This document shows positions 9,311-24,200 of a DNA stretch of 64,000 nucleotides, piece after piece. Origin of the DNA: Enoplolaimus lenunculus. Lineage: Eukaryota. The first letter of the stretch is position 1; every line of letters begins with the position of its first letter. Made by a program: the position numbers and the translations under genes. Where the stretch lies: contig JASANG010000627.1 in assembly GCA_030248215.1 (NCBI GenBank), forward strand, positions 1 to 64,000. Reading direction: 5' to 3'. Under the pieces are notes generated by a model. That model was given only the letters and a program-made list of their open reading frames with translations. It did not search any database and was not told the DNA's origin.

Positions 9311-12300
9311 CATAAATGTAGTCCTACTGTGACTGGTATTTTAACTGTAATAGCTTGACAAACAATAGTTAATTACCTATTGTAAAGGCATATTTCGTTT
9401 CGTTTTTTGTTCTAGCCGCGTGCGTGAAACTTTTATTCAAAATTGTGAATTTTGAAATTTTAAGACAGTAAAGTTCAATAACTATTTGCCCAAAAACATG
9501 CCAAGTACGTACTTTTCAGCTGTTTAATTTAGAAGCCTAACATTTGTCATGTTTAGTTGCCTATTGCATGTCTTATATATTTGCCATCAATAGTTTTGCA
9601 TTAAACTTGAGAAATTTTCAGTCGCTGTATAATAATCTTTTACCACATCGACTATTTCTGACGAGCAACGAAAAACAAATGGTGTACGCAAAATAAACAA
9701 ATCGCAATGTTTAATTATATATGATTGCTTTGCTATACTATACATGCTCAAAATTTCCAAAATGCGATACAACCCACTCGGGACCGAGCACACGCTTTCA
9801 TCGTAGAGCCTGAGGTTTAAAGCTAATAGCTAACACTTACTTAAATCAAATAGAAAATATTTCTATTGGAAAGTGTTAAATGAAAAATTTTCATTTATCG
9901 TCTTGATTATTAATAACCCGTTTACTGTCTTTAACACTATTTTTACTCAACGTGATAATCAGTATAATATTATACGGCTAACCAGCTTGTCAATGGAGAT
10001 ACAAAATTATAGGCAAATGGCAAACTAGTGTTAATGGACGGTTTTACATACCAAAATTCGCTACAAAATGACCGTGGGATCTTTATCCTGACATATTGAG
10101 TATGGCACTCGCATACATCGCTGATCAATTGACCCATTAAAACCTATCTCTATGCGCAATCCTAAATCCTAAACCTAAGCAAAAACCAAAAGCGTAAGCC
10201 TAGATATAAGCCTAATCCTTAATCATTAGCCTAAGCCTGACCCTGCCATTCTCTAACCACTGGTCTGCCTGTATCCAGTGGGCATGAAAAATGTACAAAA
10301 CCATTTCTTAGTTTAGTGGCACCATTGACAAAATTATTGTAAGCAACAGAATGATGCAACCTGTCTTACCGTTTGCACCATGTTCGTCGTTCTGCATTTT
10401 ACGAAAATTTAGCATCGCTTTTGAGTTTATGGCAAATTATGGTTGAACTGAATTTGCGTCAAGCGTTGTGTTTGGTTTACTATAAACAAACATTTTTGAA
10501 TAAAAATGCATGATTAAGTTTCGGTTTGAGAAACGACGGCGAGCTTGGAGCAAGAGATAACGATAAAATTACAACGCATAATGCGTTAGTTGAAAGCATT
10601 TTTGAACGTGGTGTTTATGCTACAAAATTTATGCTAACGTTAATAAGTGTCTAAAAAGAAACACAATTGCATATATAATGGTCAAATTTGCTAAAACAGG
10701 ACGTGTATGCTCAAAATGTGGGTAGAAAGTATCGCTATAGATATAGATGTGTTGAAACAGGCGAAACGCACCAGTTCTATAACATATTACGGAGTATGTG
10801 AATTTTAAAGATTCGTTAATTTTTTATGTTCTTCAATTCTAAAATTACAACATCTATCAGAAACTGACGATACACACAAAAAATAATCTTTAAATTTCAC
10901 AACTGTTACTTTCTTAAATTTTCAAGACATAAATGTTTGGTATTTCAGACATTAATACCCTTAAATAGCTTCGAGATTCGTGCTCGATATGGCTTAACAT
11001 AAACGTCTTATATTCAAGAAATTGTCGTTGCCAATTTACACGACAAATTACTTTCTTTCAAAAATAGTTGTCTTGTATTCAATAATTAATTTTATCATTT
11101 CATTGTATAAGTAAACAAGTCCCGTTTTATATTCTTAAGTGTGTGTAAAAACAAATTTCAAGGACATTTTTGGTTGAGCCCAGGCTCTCGCCAACCTAAG
11201 TTTACGTCTTGGACGTGTGTTTGTTTGTAAAATTATTGTATTGTGTCGAGCATTAGTCCCCAATTTTTAGTCTGTTTCTCTGACGAATCTTTGTCTTATA
11301 TTTCGGATATATTTGTCTTATTATATTTTACAAATATTTCTCCTAATCGTTCATGAAACATAGTCTTTAAGTTTCGAACTAGTCCGAATATTTTCAGAAA
11401 AAATGTTGGAATTCAAGACATATATGTCTGATGTCCGTATTGAGACACAATTGTCTTAAATTTCAGACAATATTTTTTGGAAATAAGACAGTTTACTTTG
11501 TGTGAGACGCGGCACTCAGTTGGTAATTCCAGCGTTTCAAGTAGAGTCCAACCTTTTCTGGGCTTCTTATATACAAATGAGGTGAACTTGTGGTGGTTTT
11601 ACTGCGCTTGGCCATTTTTCTTAATCTGCTTAATAAGCAGCTAACTTTGATATTTCTGGTGTTTATTTCTTTGCGTGCGTTTACTTTTTGATTTTAATGC
11701 ACTCTTTGCTTGAATTTCAAATTCAAACAGTAACTTAAGAGTCCAAAAGAGATAGAGTCCGTAAACCCTAATTAGAGTCCGTAAATTTCAATTACTCTAA
11801 TTGTAGCACATAAGTGACTTCAGTACTAAATAAAGTTGAGTTCGAAACTTTAAAGTATACTTAAGTTTGGAAAGTACATTCCTACGTATAACCTTGCATT
11901 ATCGCTCAAGGTTTTGATACAAGTCAAATAAACGTTTAATTCAACGGATAGATGCGATACCGGATATATATTAGTAACGAAGGGCAACGCTGGGTGGGTT
12001 AAAAATAAATAACAGTACGTAACCGAATTTCAGGGGGTACCCTCTGGAGAGGCCAAATAGAAAGCGCCTAAAAATTATCCTTGCATTACTTAAAACAAAC
12101 AAGAACCTTAATAGTCTAAAGTCGAAAAGAACTGCCAAGATTTACTTTTTTGGATTAAACCTGATATGCTTATTCGACAAAGTTCTACCGGTCACAACCC
12201 AACATTTGGCTATTCAGCAAACCAAATTTCACAATTTACATTTTAAATCAAACGTTTTGAGATGAGGCGTTCAAATCGTTCGATTAAAGAAATATAGAAT

Positions 12301-14017
12301 TACTAGCTGCCCAGGCCCGTAGCCAGCTCATCTTGCTACGGAGACTAAAAAATTTTCCAGGAGGGGCCTATACAAGTTTTCAAATCACTTACAAAAAATG
12401 TTGAAAATTTTCTCGGGGGGTCAAAATATTTCCAGGTGGGGCTGCGCCCCCATTGCCTTCCTCTTGATGCGGGCCCGTAGACGTCGCCAAGACTGCAAAA
12501 CTGTCTTAAACAGCCGAAATAGTTTGGAGTTTAAAAACCTGTAGTTCTTCAATGGTTTACTGAAAAAAAATAAAATTTGTGGGGACCAACAACGAAAACG
12601 GCAAAAATATTACTGTGAAAAAGGAATTGGCATATTCGTAAACGATTCTTCAACAAAACATTGTCTCAACCGTCACAGAAAAATATACAGAATGGGGGTC
12701 AGGCTTCTCTGACCATCTCTCAGTGCACCCTGGGTTCAACTTGGGTTCGATTCACATTGTGTTCAACTCATCTGATGACGTCACATTTGTGGTGAGATTT
12801 GGCAAGTTTTCTAAACAAATACTTAAAGATAAGACTGTAATTATTTAATACGTACCATTGGATTGTGGTTCAGAACTCATATATCTGCTGATTGAATAAA
12901 CTGATAATATTCATTTAAATATGGCTGGCAAATGAGACACCGTTGATTCTGTATTTGGCCAATGTATAGAACATAGCCATAACAGTAGTACAAGCATATT
13001 CCTAAGCCGTTGAATAAGCCTAAGCCTAAATAAAAAATAGTCTAAAGTGCAATCCTATACTCTATGGCTGTCCTGCGAGAAAACGTCGCGGCACTAAATG
13101 TAGCATGGGCCACTGGTTGATAAATAGAGTAAATCAGATACGACACCTTTGTTGCAAGTTATTTAGTCTTAAATTAAAGCGTGGGCCTATACAGTTCAGG
13201 GTTGTGCCTATGCCAAGATAAGGCTTAAATTATCTATTTCGCTTATTCGCAGTAGATTTTAGGTACGTTGGTGAATTGGTATTAGCCAAAGAATCATCCG
13301 AAAAACACAAAATTTTTCGTGTTTTAAAAAGCGTTTATTGATGATAAAATTGTGTTTTAACAAACGCGAACAAGCGTTTACTTATAATAGGATTTCGGTA
13401 CGTTTGCAATTCGTTTCACAGTTTCTGCACTTTTACAAATGCATTTTAAAAGATGCTGTTTGAAACTTAGAAAACCGTTTACGATACCGTCTCGGTACCA
13501 GCATGATTCTTCTCTTTGAATTCGGTATATAAACCAGTCTACATCAAATTCGCTAGTGCTTTGAAATGTCTACTGTTGGAACGATTAAGAATTAATACTT
13601 CTCTGCAAATCTACTTGTGATTTTGAAACAATCTATTTCTCCAATTTGTTTTATTCAAGTACGGATCCAGAGGGGCGGCGTCGTCTCCATCTGAAATTTC
13701 TGCACCAGGCACTGGTTTAGTTTGAAGAAAAGATAAACATGTCAAAACAAAATTTGTATGAAACGTGCACCATTCAACACAAACCACTTCGTATAAAAAC
13801 GGTAAAAATCAGTAAATGCACTATGGAATATATTTGAAACAAAGAAGTTTGCTGTAGTTTTGTGGTAGTAAACCTAAACCTATTTTAACCAAGCGGTAAA
13901 ATTAATACCACTCATTTGTTTATATAGAGATATTCTGCAAATTTGTGCAGTTCTGCCTAAAATGCTTCACGGTGAAAAATTAATTCTGCTGAATCGAGTA
14001 GAACTATTAAGCTTATA

Positions 14018-14226
14018 CACTGCAAAAAATGGTGAGTCAAATTGACTCTCTCCGAAATAGGCTCTACGGGACTACACAAACTGAGTCAAATTCGACTCCG
14101 CCAGAGTCAAACGTGCGACTCAGTGAGTCGAAATCGACTCTGGTGGAGTCGAATTTGACACAATTTGTGTAGTCCCGTAGAGCCTATTTCGGAGAGAGTC
14201 AATTTGACTCACCGTTTTTTGCAGTG
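14018..14226. mobile_element. Palindromic MITE, CACTA/EnSpm-like termini
   Basis: TA|CACTGCAAAAAA...TTTTTTGCAGTG|TA, arms of ~100 bp nearly perfectly complementary. Similar CACTGTAAATT-started elements near 27.7-27.96 kb and 36.36-36.6 kb. Confidence 0.85.
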
Positions 14227-15238
14227 TAGTCTCATCTAGAACACCTAGGATAGACCGATGGAGCCGTACCCTCAGTGGTTATGAAGCTTATTGATTTACA
14301 ATAATATACATACAATTGGTATGGGCACCCAAAACCCAAATCCTGGGTATGTTTACTATGCAATACGTTGAATAGCATATAGTGGGCGGCACCGCCACAG
14401 AAGCGTTTCAAAGGAAAACAAACTATTTTAATGGTTTTTATTTCATATCACTGTACTAAAGTAAATAACAACAGATTTATGTAGGACAGCTATTACTAGC
14501 AATTTTCTTATCATATTCGCTAGATTTGTGCAGTTATATATTAGCTGTAATACTTGGTAGCTGTATTTAATAAAAACAGTATTTTTTATTTTAAATTTAT
14601 ACTTACGCAGTCAGGGAAATAAGTAAGGAAGTGTTGTTCGAACTAAATCAAAGGCCAATGTAAACAACAGGACCGTAACAGTAGCAGAAGCATATTCCCG
14701 AGCCTAAGCCTAACCTAAGCCTAGGCGAAAAACAGTATAAACCTTAAGCATACTTATTGCAGTCTCGCAAAAAACGTTTCGCCCCTGATCTTTGCATGGG
14801 CCTAATTAAAGTATCCTATACGTACTGGTTCATAAGTTTTAAAATACATAACCACAAATAACTATTTTCGTTGGCTCCATAGGTATCTTTTCGAGTTCGA
14901 AATTTGCTATGCTAATCTGATCCGTACATTACTTCGATGCTGTTTGAAAATTTAAATTTATTGCTCAGCTTCTCAAACTGAAACTAAACTAAAATAAGAA
15001 CTTCATATATCTGACCATTATATTTTGAAGGCAAAACAGTTAACGATTTTTGCTTCAGCTTGGACGGAGTCGAATAGCCCGAGCATGATGACCGATATTT
15101 AACATATCTGTTGACAACTGCCAGGCGTTTGAAGTTAGGCAGTAAAATCTCAAAAATTAACTAAAAACGCACGAGTTTTCTCAACTACTTTTATTTTTTC
15201 GGTGATATTTCATAAATAACGAACCCAATCGAACTCGA

Positions 15239-18200
15239 ATGGAAGAGGATAATTCATGCACCGAAGACCCAAAACTCGGTGACCTCGCAGATCTGCTGGT
15301 AACTCGAGCCCTTATTCAATCCACAACTGCTCCAAAAATCGATTCAACTTCTGTAGAAGTTTCAACCGAAATGCCACTGAACTACACTTCACCACAACCA
15401 TCTCCCAGTGTTTTGGGTTTTACATCAAATCCTGACAATTCAACCTCATATGCTCCTGGCGTTCCTAATGCAACTGACTTTTCAATTTTCGATCCTTTGA
15501 GTAACTTTCAACCCCTTTTCGACACAAAACCGAAACATGACAACCCTCAACAATTACTTCCTGGCGGTTTGAAATCTGAAGCCTTTGGCAAAATTCTTTC
15601 CGACCCAAAAATAACGGGTAAAGACGCTTCTCAATCAGAACCAGACGGGATAAAAGCTAAAAATATAATCGAAGAAACGTTACCCACTTCCTCGGGAGCC
15701 CTTAATTTGTCGAGCGGATCGTGGTCGGACGGCAAACCAGTCGCCAGAACAACGAGTATGGTACAGAGGCAGGTAACGATTGCGTGGAACGATATTAATG
15801 CAATATCGGCGCTACACAAAAAGCCTCTTCGCACTCGGTTTGTTAATCGTCTGCCGTGGAAGAAAGGAAAGAAAGGTGCGAATTTGCAGAAAGAATCACT
15901 GCATATCCTGCGAAACGGTAATTACAGCGGATTTTACGATTTGCCGCATAGAATATCTATATTATTAATGCTGGAGCTCTCGCATGCATATTTTGGGCAG
16001 CGTTCCAGCTGTTTTAAAGATTGTTTCATATATAAACATGAAACAACATATTTCTAAGCCTAAACCTTAGCGTCAGAATGAGCTTATACCTAAGCCTGAG
16101 CCCAAGCAAAAATAGTCTGCAGCTTCTGGGCCAAGTTTTGTCACGTGGTAACATTTTGTGTACGATGTAACCCAATGTGATATTCAAAAAACAGCGGTTG
16201 TCTGCTAACATCACGTATCGGTCACGTTTTGTCTTTCAATATCATATGATATTCCCTACGTTGTCTGTCAATATCATATGATCATTTTGAAAATGTCTAC
16301 TAAGTCAGCTGCATAACTAGGTTTGGAATATCATATGATACTAATCGACATGTAATTGGCGGGAAATTCACATTTTGGTGGGAAATTCAAATTTTGGCGG
16401 GAAATTCAAATTTTGGCGGGAAAATTCAAATTTTGGCGGGAAATTCAAATTTAGACGGGAAAATTCAAAATTTGGCGGGAAATTCACATTTTGGCAGGAA
16501 ATTCAAATTTTGGTTGAAAATTCAAATTTTGGCGGCAAATTCAAATTCAGGTCGGAAAATTCAATTTTTGGCGGGAAATTAAAATTTTGGCGGGAAATTC
16601 AAATTTTGGCGCAAAAATTCAAAATTTGGCGGGAAAATTCAAATTTTGGCACAAAATTCGAATTTGGGAGGGAATATTCAAAATTTTAGCGGATTGTATA
16701 CGTCTTAAACTACATAATGGAATATCATATGATACTCCAAATCCGTCTTTGAATATCATATCATATATGCTGTTAATTTGGAATATCATATGATGTTCAA
16801 CAATATGTCTGATTATGTCACGTGACATTCGAACACTTGTATGCTGAGATAACATGAATACCAGTGCTTTGTATAGCAATAGCACATGATATTCGACTTT
16901 TGCTTGTCCGTATCATATGATGGTAACAAAAATTTATGTTGATGTCGAATCAACATATGACAAAACGTGACCCGAGTGCCCCGGTTATAACGTGAACCCC
17001 GCATTAAGCTATGGATTAGCAATTGTTAGATGTTTGTTTACTTTACATCTCTGTTAAACTTGATGACTAGTGTTGTATCTGATGTTAACCTTAATTTTGA
17101 GTGTTTCAGTTAGCGGCATCGCTCATCCAGGAGAAGTTGTTGCAATTATGGGTGCCAGGTAAGTTGTATTTTCGTCTCTAATCACTTTAATATATTATGT
17201 CACAAGACTACACGTTTGCAATGTGCATGGACATCTTACAATATAATCAAACATACTTTATAGACAATTGAATTTCAATGTAACATTCTGTGTAGAAGGA
17301 ATTGATGTTCGGCACAATAAATTTTAGATCAATAATATGGTCTTTTGTGCTATCTTTCCAGTCGGCTTTTACTCAAATCTGGTTCAATTTTGAAAATGTT
17401 TGTTAACATTTGACCAGGCCAGTGAGCTCCTCTGGTCATTTTTCCGATCGTTTAATGGGCACACCCGCATACACATATATACATATACATATACACATTT
17501 TACAAAGCAAGCTTGAGGTAAAATTGTTACTGTTGTTTCACGCTTGATGTTATTAAATGAATGAATCAAAGTTTTCTTAGTTAAAGTATAAAATCGTTTA
17601 TAAATTCCTTTTCATTTTCTAACTGTAAACTTTAGCCACCGTATTGTTTTTAGCGGAGCTGGCAAAACCACGCTACTGAATGTTCTGACGGATCGCGTTA
17701 AAGATCTTGTTGTCGACGGAGGTATCTATGTCAATGGACAGGCCCTTGGCGCATCAATTCGTTCAATTTCAGCATTTGTTCAACAAAATGATTTGTTTAT
17801 TGGTGGCTTAACCGTTCGAGAGCATTTACTGTTTCAAGTTAGTAGATTAAGACATCATTTGATTCGCTAGTTGATTTCTGAGTTATTTTGTTAATAGAAA
17901 GAGTGGGTTTTACTGAAAAATAATTGACATTTATCACTTTCGATAATGTATGCTTGGGTCTGTAGCCACAGGGGGGCAGTGTTGGCTCGCGCTCCTCTGA
18001 AAAAATTCGTAACCCTCAATAATAGTTTTGCGTTGACTGTCAGTCTTGTGCAATCAAGCAGCTGCATGCTACTCTAAAATTGTTTTGACCCCTTTAATAC
18101 ATTGAGTTGGCTATAGGCCACTGTGTGATGCCTTTGTAAAATTTTTGTGATAGTCTCAAGTATTAGCGAAGACATGATTTTGGTTTTTAGGTTGCCTTGC

Positions 18201-21200
18201 CAGCCGTGTATGCAAATATAATTTCTGAGCAAATAAATACTGTTTGGGCAAATATTGTTTTACGAAAGCAAAGCGCGGGCTCATATAACGAGTGCAATCT
18301 ACAGCCCTGACATTTACGATGTAAACCATTACGTAACTTGTAGATGGCTTTGTATTAAATTTTATAGGCTTCCTTACGTATGGATAAATCAGTTTCAAGA
18401 AATGGTCAAATAAAAAGAGTTGACGAAGTCCTTAAGGAGGTTGGTTTATTTTCCATTTAAATATATATGTATGTATGTAATTTTCGTATTTGAAAAAATG
18501 TAAAATTAACAGTTTCAATGAAGGTTATACGGCATGTTGAATATGTGATAATTACATTTGTTTTCAGTTGGGTTTACAAAAAAGCCAGAACAGTCTGATT
18601 GGAGGACGAATGCGACCAGGAATATCCGGTGGCGAAAAGAAACGGCTGTCATTTGCATCAGAAGTTGGTCTTTGTGTTACAGCGTAGATCTTATTCGTAT
18701 TCACAATTTGTAGACAAATCGCCATAATCATTTAAAACTTGAATGTATAATTAATGGTTTATAAGCACATTACTTATCAGCACAAATTAATTATAATTAA
18801 TAAATTTCTACCATTGAAAGCCAAAAGCTCTCTGTGTTTTTGAAACCGTGATTTCTACTTATATTTTTTATTATACTTTAACAAGCAATTGTTACCTCAG
18901 CTATAAATTTGGGCCAATGTTGTGATGGTCGTAAATAAATGCCTACTTTAGATTTTAACCAATCCCCCGATACTATTTTGTGATGAGCCAACATCGGGCT
19001 TAGATTCGTTTATGGCGCAACAGATAATATCAGTACTGAAGCAGTTAGCGGCGACAGGTCGAACAGTAATTTTTACCATACATCAACCATCTTCTGAAGT
19101 ATTTCGAATGTTTGATAAGTAAGTATTGCCATAATCTTTTTTGTGAACGTTGCATATTTTGGGCCGTGTAAAGATAAGGGGCGGCGGGCCATAGATCCAC
19201 TGAACTGCAATAGAGTATGCTCCAGCTTTACACCATTTTTTTGCTTAGACTTAAGATTAGGTACTGGCCTATCCTTACGCTTCGGCTTAGGCTTAGGCTT
19301 AGGCTTAGGCTTAGGAATACGGTTACGCTACTGTTACGGTCCTGTTTTTTACGTTGGCGCAAAGCTAACTGGTTGGCTTAAATATGAAAACTTTCTCAGC
19401 ACCAGTAGATTAAATCTAGGGTGTTCAGTCTTTTCCGTTTTTGTTTCCTTTAAATTCTGGGTCGGTTTCCGTGTTCACTATAGAACCACCGGAAATTCCG
19501 TTATTTTTATAACCTTAATGACACAACGTCACTTGATGATTATTCAGTTTTTCATACAAGTACACTGCTGTTGCTTGCTTTGGAACAAAATACCAAATTT
19601 CAACCTACGTATAAAACGTTTTTAAACGTTTTACGTTTAAATATGCGTTTTTCGTATCCTTTATTTTGATCACAATCCGATTCCGTTAATAAACTTATTT
19701 TTACTATCATGTATATCCTGATAGAAGCTGTTAATCAAAATTCAACTACTCATCCCATTTCAGACTTTGCCTAATGGCTGAAGGACGTGTTGCTTACTTT
19801 GGTCCGGCGCGTCATGCAGCAAAATTTTTTGAAAGGTAGAGTCTGTTTTATGTAGAATAAGGTTAAAATGTTAGGTACTGCCCCCTTGATTATCAGCCCT
19901 CTTAACACAATGCTATTGGTCGACTGTAAAATAGTATGCTTTTTTTAAAACGGTATGCCAAACATTCAAAAGCCTAATTCACACGTGCAAGTTTTTGCAG
20001 CGTCAAGCAGCTACAAATTGCATTTATTTTTAACAATTGAAACCGTACAAAATTTATACTTGGTATGTGTTCCTTCAAGAACAGTGCAAAATTTCTTTTC
20101 TTCTTCGTTAATAAGCGATACAGCAGAAGCAATGTTCACATAAATCCGGTAGCTTTATAACAAACCAAAATAATATTCTAGGTTTGGATATCCGTGTCCG
20201 CCAAACTTTAATCCTGCAGATCATTTCATTCGAACATTGGCTGTTGTTCCTGGTAAAGAACGAGCTTGCAAAGATCGCATCAAGGTATTACAGTGCCACC
20301 CTATTACTTCTCGTAAATTCGAATGAGCGAGGTCGTGTTTATGTGGTTGTTCGTGCAGTAGGCGATTTGAATACGTATGTAGAACCTCCTAAACTGCAGA
20401 AAAATTAAGTTTATACTTTTTAAAACTAAATTTTGGTATATATTTCAGATAAAATTGCTTAAAACTATTGGCGTTACATTTTTATTTGACGTTTTATAAA
20501 ATGCAAGAAATATTTACTGGGTATATACCAGCTATCCTCGTTTTATAAGCAATAATTGTGCCTGGGTAAACGTAACTGTTATGCATGATCCACAATAAAG
20601 AATTTGGCTGTGTGGAGAAAAATGGTACACATTCCAAACCGTAAATTTCCAAATTTTATTCAATTCCAGTACACGCAAGCTCAACATTTAGATCAATCCT
20701 AACAATCGTGAAATACATAAACTAACGAATTTTGTAATAGCGCATTTTACAATTTTGTAAAATGTTGGTGTTCCAAAGTTTAAGTTTACCACAGCACGAC
20801 GTTAGAAACAAGCAATGATTGCTGGTGACGTTTTCCGGAAATCGTGAAAGAGTAAACATTTACATTCTAAACTATGTATGATTTTAATTCTTAAAATTTT
20901 ATCTCAATTCATTTTAGTTAAAACTAATATAATGCAATTCTAGAAAACCCGTTCATGTACAATGACATATCTTGCACACCATCAGTTTGGTGTAAACAAA
21001 TATCAAATACTCTTGAAGTGAACAAAAGAGAAAAGTCCGTCTTCCTAAGTCTATTAGTTTCAAGTTTTTAAAACGTGTGTATTTAACATGTGTCATTTCC
21101 TTAAAAAATGCACTTTCTTGAAATGATAAAAGTGCAGATTGTCCATTACTTGAGTCATGCAATATAGTACTCCAGCAAAGCAATGTTTATTTTCTACGAA

Positions 21201-24200
21201 GCGTATACTATAAAACTTGGCTTTATATAGTCGTTGAACTTAGCAATTTGATAAATGATTAAATTTGTAAATGTCAAATATGCACATGTGTCGAATACTC
21301 TACTTGCATGTGCTAGATTAGATACAATTCCCGTATACATTATATATGGATTTGCAAACTTTGTTACGACAGAAATTTTAAAGATTACTATTATTTACCA
21401 ATTCCAATACAGGTGTAACTGTAACAGGGATATTAGGAATAACGTATGTTTGTAAACGTGCGTGTATTGGATTTGGTCATTAAAGGTATTTCAAATTACT
21501 CTGTGAAGTAAAAGTTAACGAAGCTGAATTGTGTTACATTTCAATACACGCTAACTATTTTATTTCCAATTTCCCCTATTTGCCGGAATTGAATCAGCAT
21601 TTTCAACACAGCAACATTCTTTAATGTGGATGATGCATTACTCGGGGCGGAGCAGCCATCCTCAGTAATGTAAAAAGGCGGGTATTACGCCCTCCTCCTC
21701 CTCCTTACAGCGGAGGAGAAGAAGGAGGATGTAGGGAGACTTTCTGAAGGACTAGCTTTACATCCGCCTTCTCTTCCTCAATCAGGTGGAAGCGAGGTGG
21801 CGGGCAGAATGAGTGGTGGACGAGGACGAGGGGCAGGGAAAGATTAAACATAAGAATGCAGTATTGTCTAAAATTGTCTTTTTATATAATATACGTATAT
21901 ACGTTATATAGTTGTGCTTTTAATAACAAGTATATATTGCTTTCAAAATACGTTTAAGAATCCCGCCGCTATTGTTTTGAAATTGCAGTTGAACATATAC
22001 CAAAATAAATTGTTTTGCGCCGCGATACGATTAATTTAATGACATTAATGATAACTACATTTATTTCTTCATTTTGTTTGCAGCTGCACTGTTAAACGCA
22101 GCAGTAATAAACAGTATAGTTGTATTTTACACTACATTTTTGAATTTCCATTCGAACATTTAGTTTTTTCCTGTTCGTTGTACGGTGTATATATAGCAGG
22201 GTACAAAGCGAATTGAATTATACCAGAATCGGAACCAGAAACTTTGTGGCTAAACAGATAATTTGTATTTACAGACATAATATTGATTTAGAGTTGGTTG
22301 GCGATTTTTTATAAACGTCGCATGAAAAAATTTGCGATAACTTTTAGTTCTGTAAAACTAAACTACAAAAAACTGCCTTCAATTATTGATAAGTTAACTA
22401 ATCGAAAGTCATTTAATTGATAAGTGATGCAGAATTTTTATGCAAAGGATGAAACAAGTAGGATTAAATTTCAAACTTCAAAATTCCGATTCGTGCTCAT
22501 TGTGGAATTGGGACTCGTTTTGAATCGGAATTCTAATCGGAGTCGGAATTTTGGTTGCACCCTGCTGTATAGATAGCTTGCTCTGAACACGAGCTGCATG
22601 TGTCAGTTTAAGACTAATACTAACTTGAACCTTGAGCTTAAGTCTATTCCAAAGCAAAGGCAACGTCTGAGGGGTGTGGTTAACGATTGCCAGTATTTGT
22701 CTTCCGCTATAACAGTCTTGTTTTAAACTTCACGCTAATGCCTTCCGCAACCTATCCCTGTTAGCGTTGCCTGTATTTTGAACTATACGTAGCTCCTATC
22801 ACCGGTAAGTGAGCGATCTATGTAAACGAGAAGCCTAACGCATTTTTAGTATAAAATCGTAAAATTTAAACTTTTTATCTGCATGGGGGCAGGACTGCGT
22901 GAAAAGAAGGGCGTAACGCCTTTTTTATACTACTACTCCATTTCCTCATTTGGTCGGCCTGCTCCTTAAGGAACCATCACCCTAACCGGCTGAAATGAAA
23001 ACCGCCGAAGTTTTAAAATGCGCCTGGCACCTTGCAAAACTTTTTTGTTATAAACCTTCCTTACAAATTTTTTCCAACCAGAAATTTTGCGAATATATTG
23101 CATAAAGTAAAAATTGCTTTTCATAACTTTTGCACCCCTCCCCCCGCCTCCTTCGTCACAAAATTCTAAATCCGCCACAGGGCGTAGCCAGAAATTGGAA
23201 AACGAAGCTTTCGTTCTACAAAAATTTCAAAAAATGTTTCTTTATGTTACAAACTGACAAAGCTTATCAAAACTCGTGTACAAAATTCCAAAGGGGGATA
23301 AACCCATTTCTTGCTGCGACCATGGTCTTATACGTGTTTATCCAAACATTGCAGCGTTCGTGATGAATAAATTTGCTTATTTTCAGGCAATATCTCTGGC
23401 TTATCGCAAAACTGACGATTACCGAAAACTAACAGACTTGATTAGACAACAAAATGCACCGCGATCTGTTGATGCATATGCCGACGAGTACGAATGGAGT
23501 GACGTGTTTAGCTTTCGAAAACGGTACGTACATCGCAATATCAAACAGTGGCCCTGCAGTCGGAGGGTGCCTGGAGGAGGCGCTGCACAACTAAGAAACG
23601 TTTGGTCCCCTAGGAAAGTTTCAACCTCTTTCGTTACTCTGAAATCCCAGTATGACCCTTCAAACAGACTATATGCCATCTAGCAAGTAAAACTGGCTAC
23701 GAAACTTCCGAATAATTAAGCTGAATCTATCGAAGGAAAAGTTATTTGAGGTTTGCCGTGTATTTGAATTCATGAATAAAAAGCGGTCTTATGGCAATGT
23801 ACATAAATTAAACTTGGGGTTTTGCAATATTGTCGTTATAAATTTAATCAACAGTTTTTCATGGCTTAGACCCACTGTAAAAATTTTAAGTTTTTTTTTA
23901 AATTTCAGTTGTGAGCAATAACTGGAAAGTTAGCTTATCGAGTATTTTTAGGTGATATTTTGAGTGTCATTTCTCGGGTCGAAAGCACTAGCTGTACTTT
24001 TAGGTACAAAGCTGATTGGTCTACTCAATTCCGGTCGTTATGCTGGCGTACGTTTTTAACCACCAGACGAGAGCCAATGGTCACTACTGTGCGATTTTTT
24101 AACACATTGGTATGAAGAATTTATTTCATTATTGGCAACATAGGCTAATGTATAGAACAGCGCCGTAACAGTAGTATAAGCATATTACTGAGGTTTGCCA

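Noticed and set aside
16375..16885. Several repetitive ORFs
   Set aside because: Translations of the minisatellite inside white intron 1.
19143..19625. 160-aa ORF with LGLGLGLG
   Set aside because: Read-through of a TTAGGC tract in white intron 6; non-ATG start.
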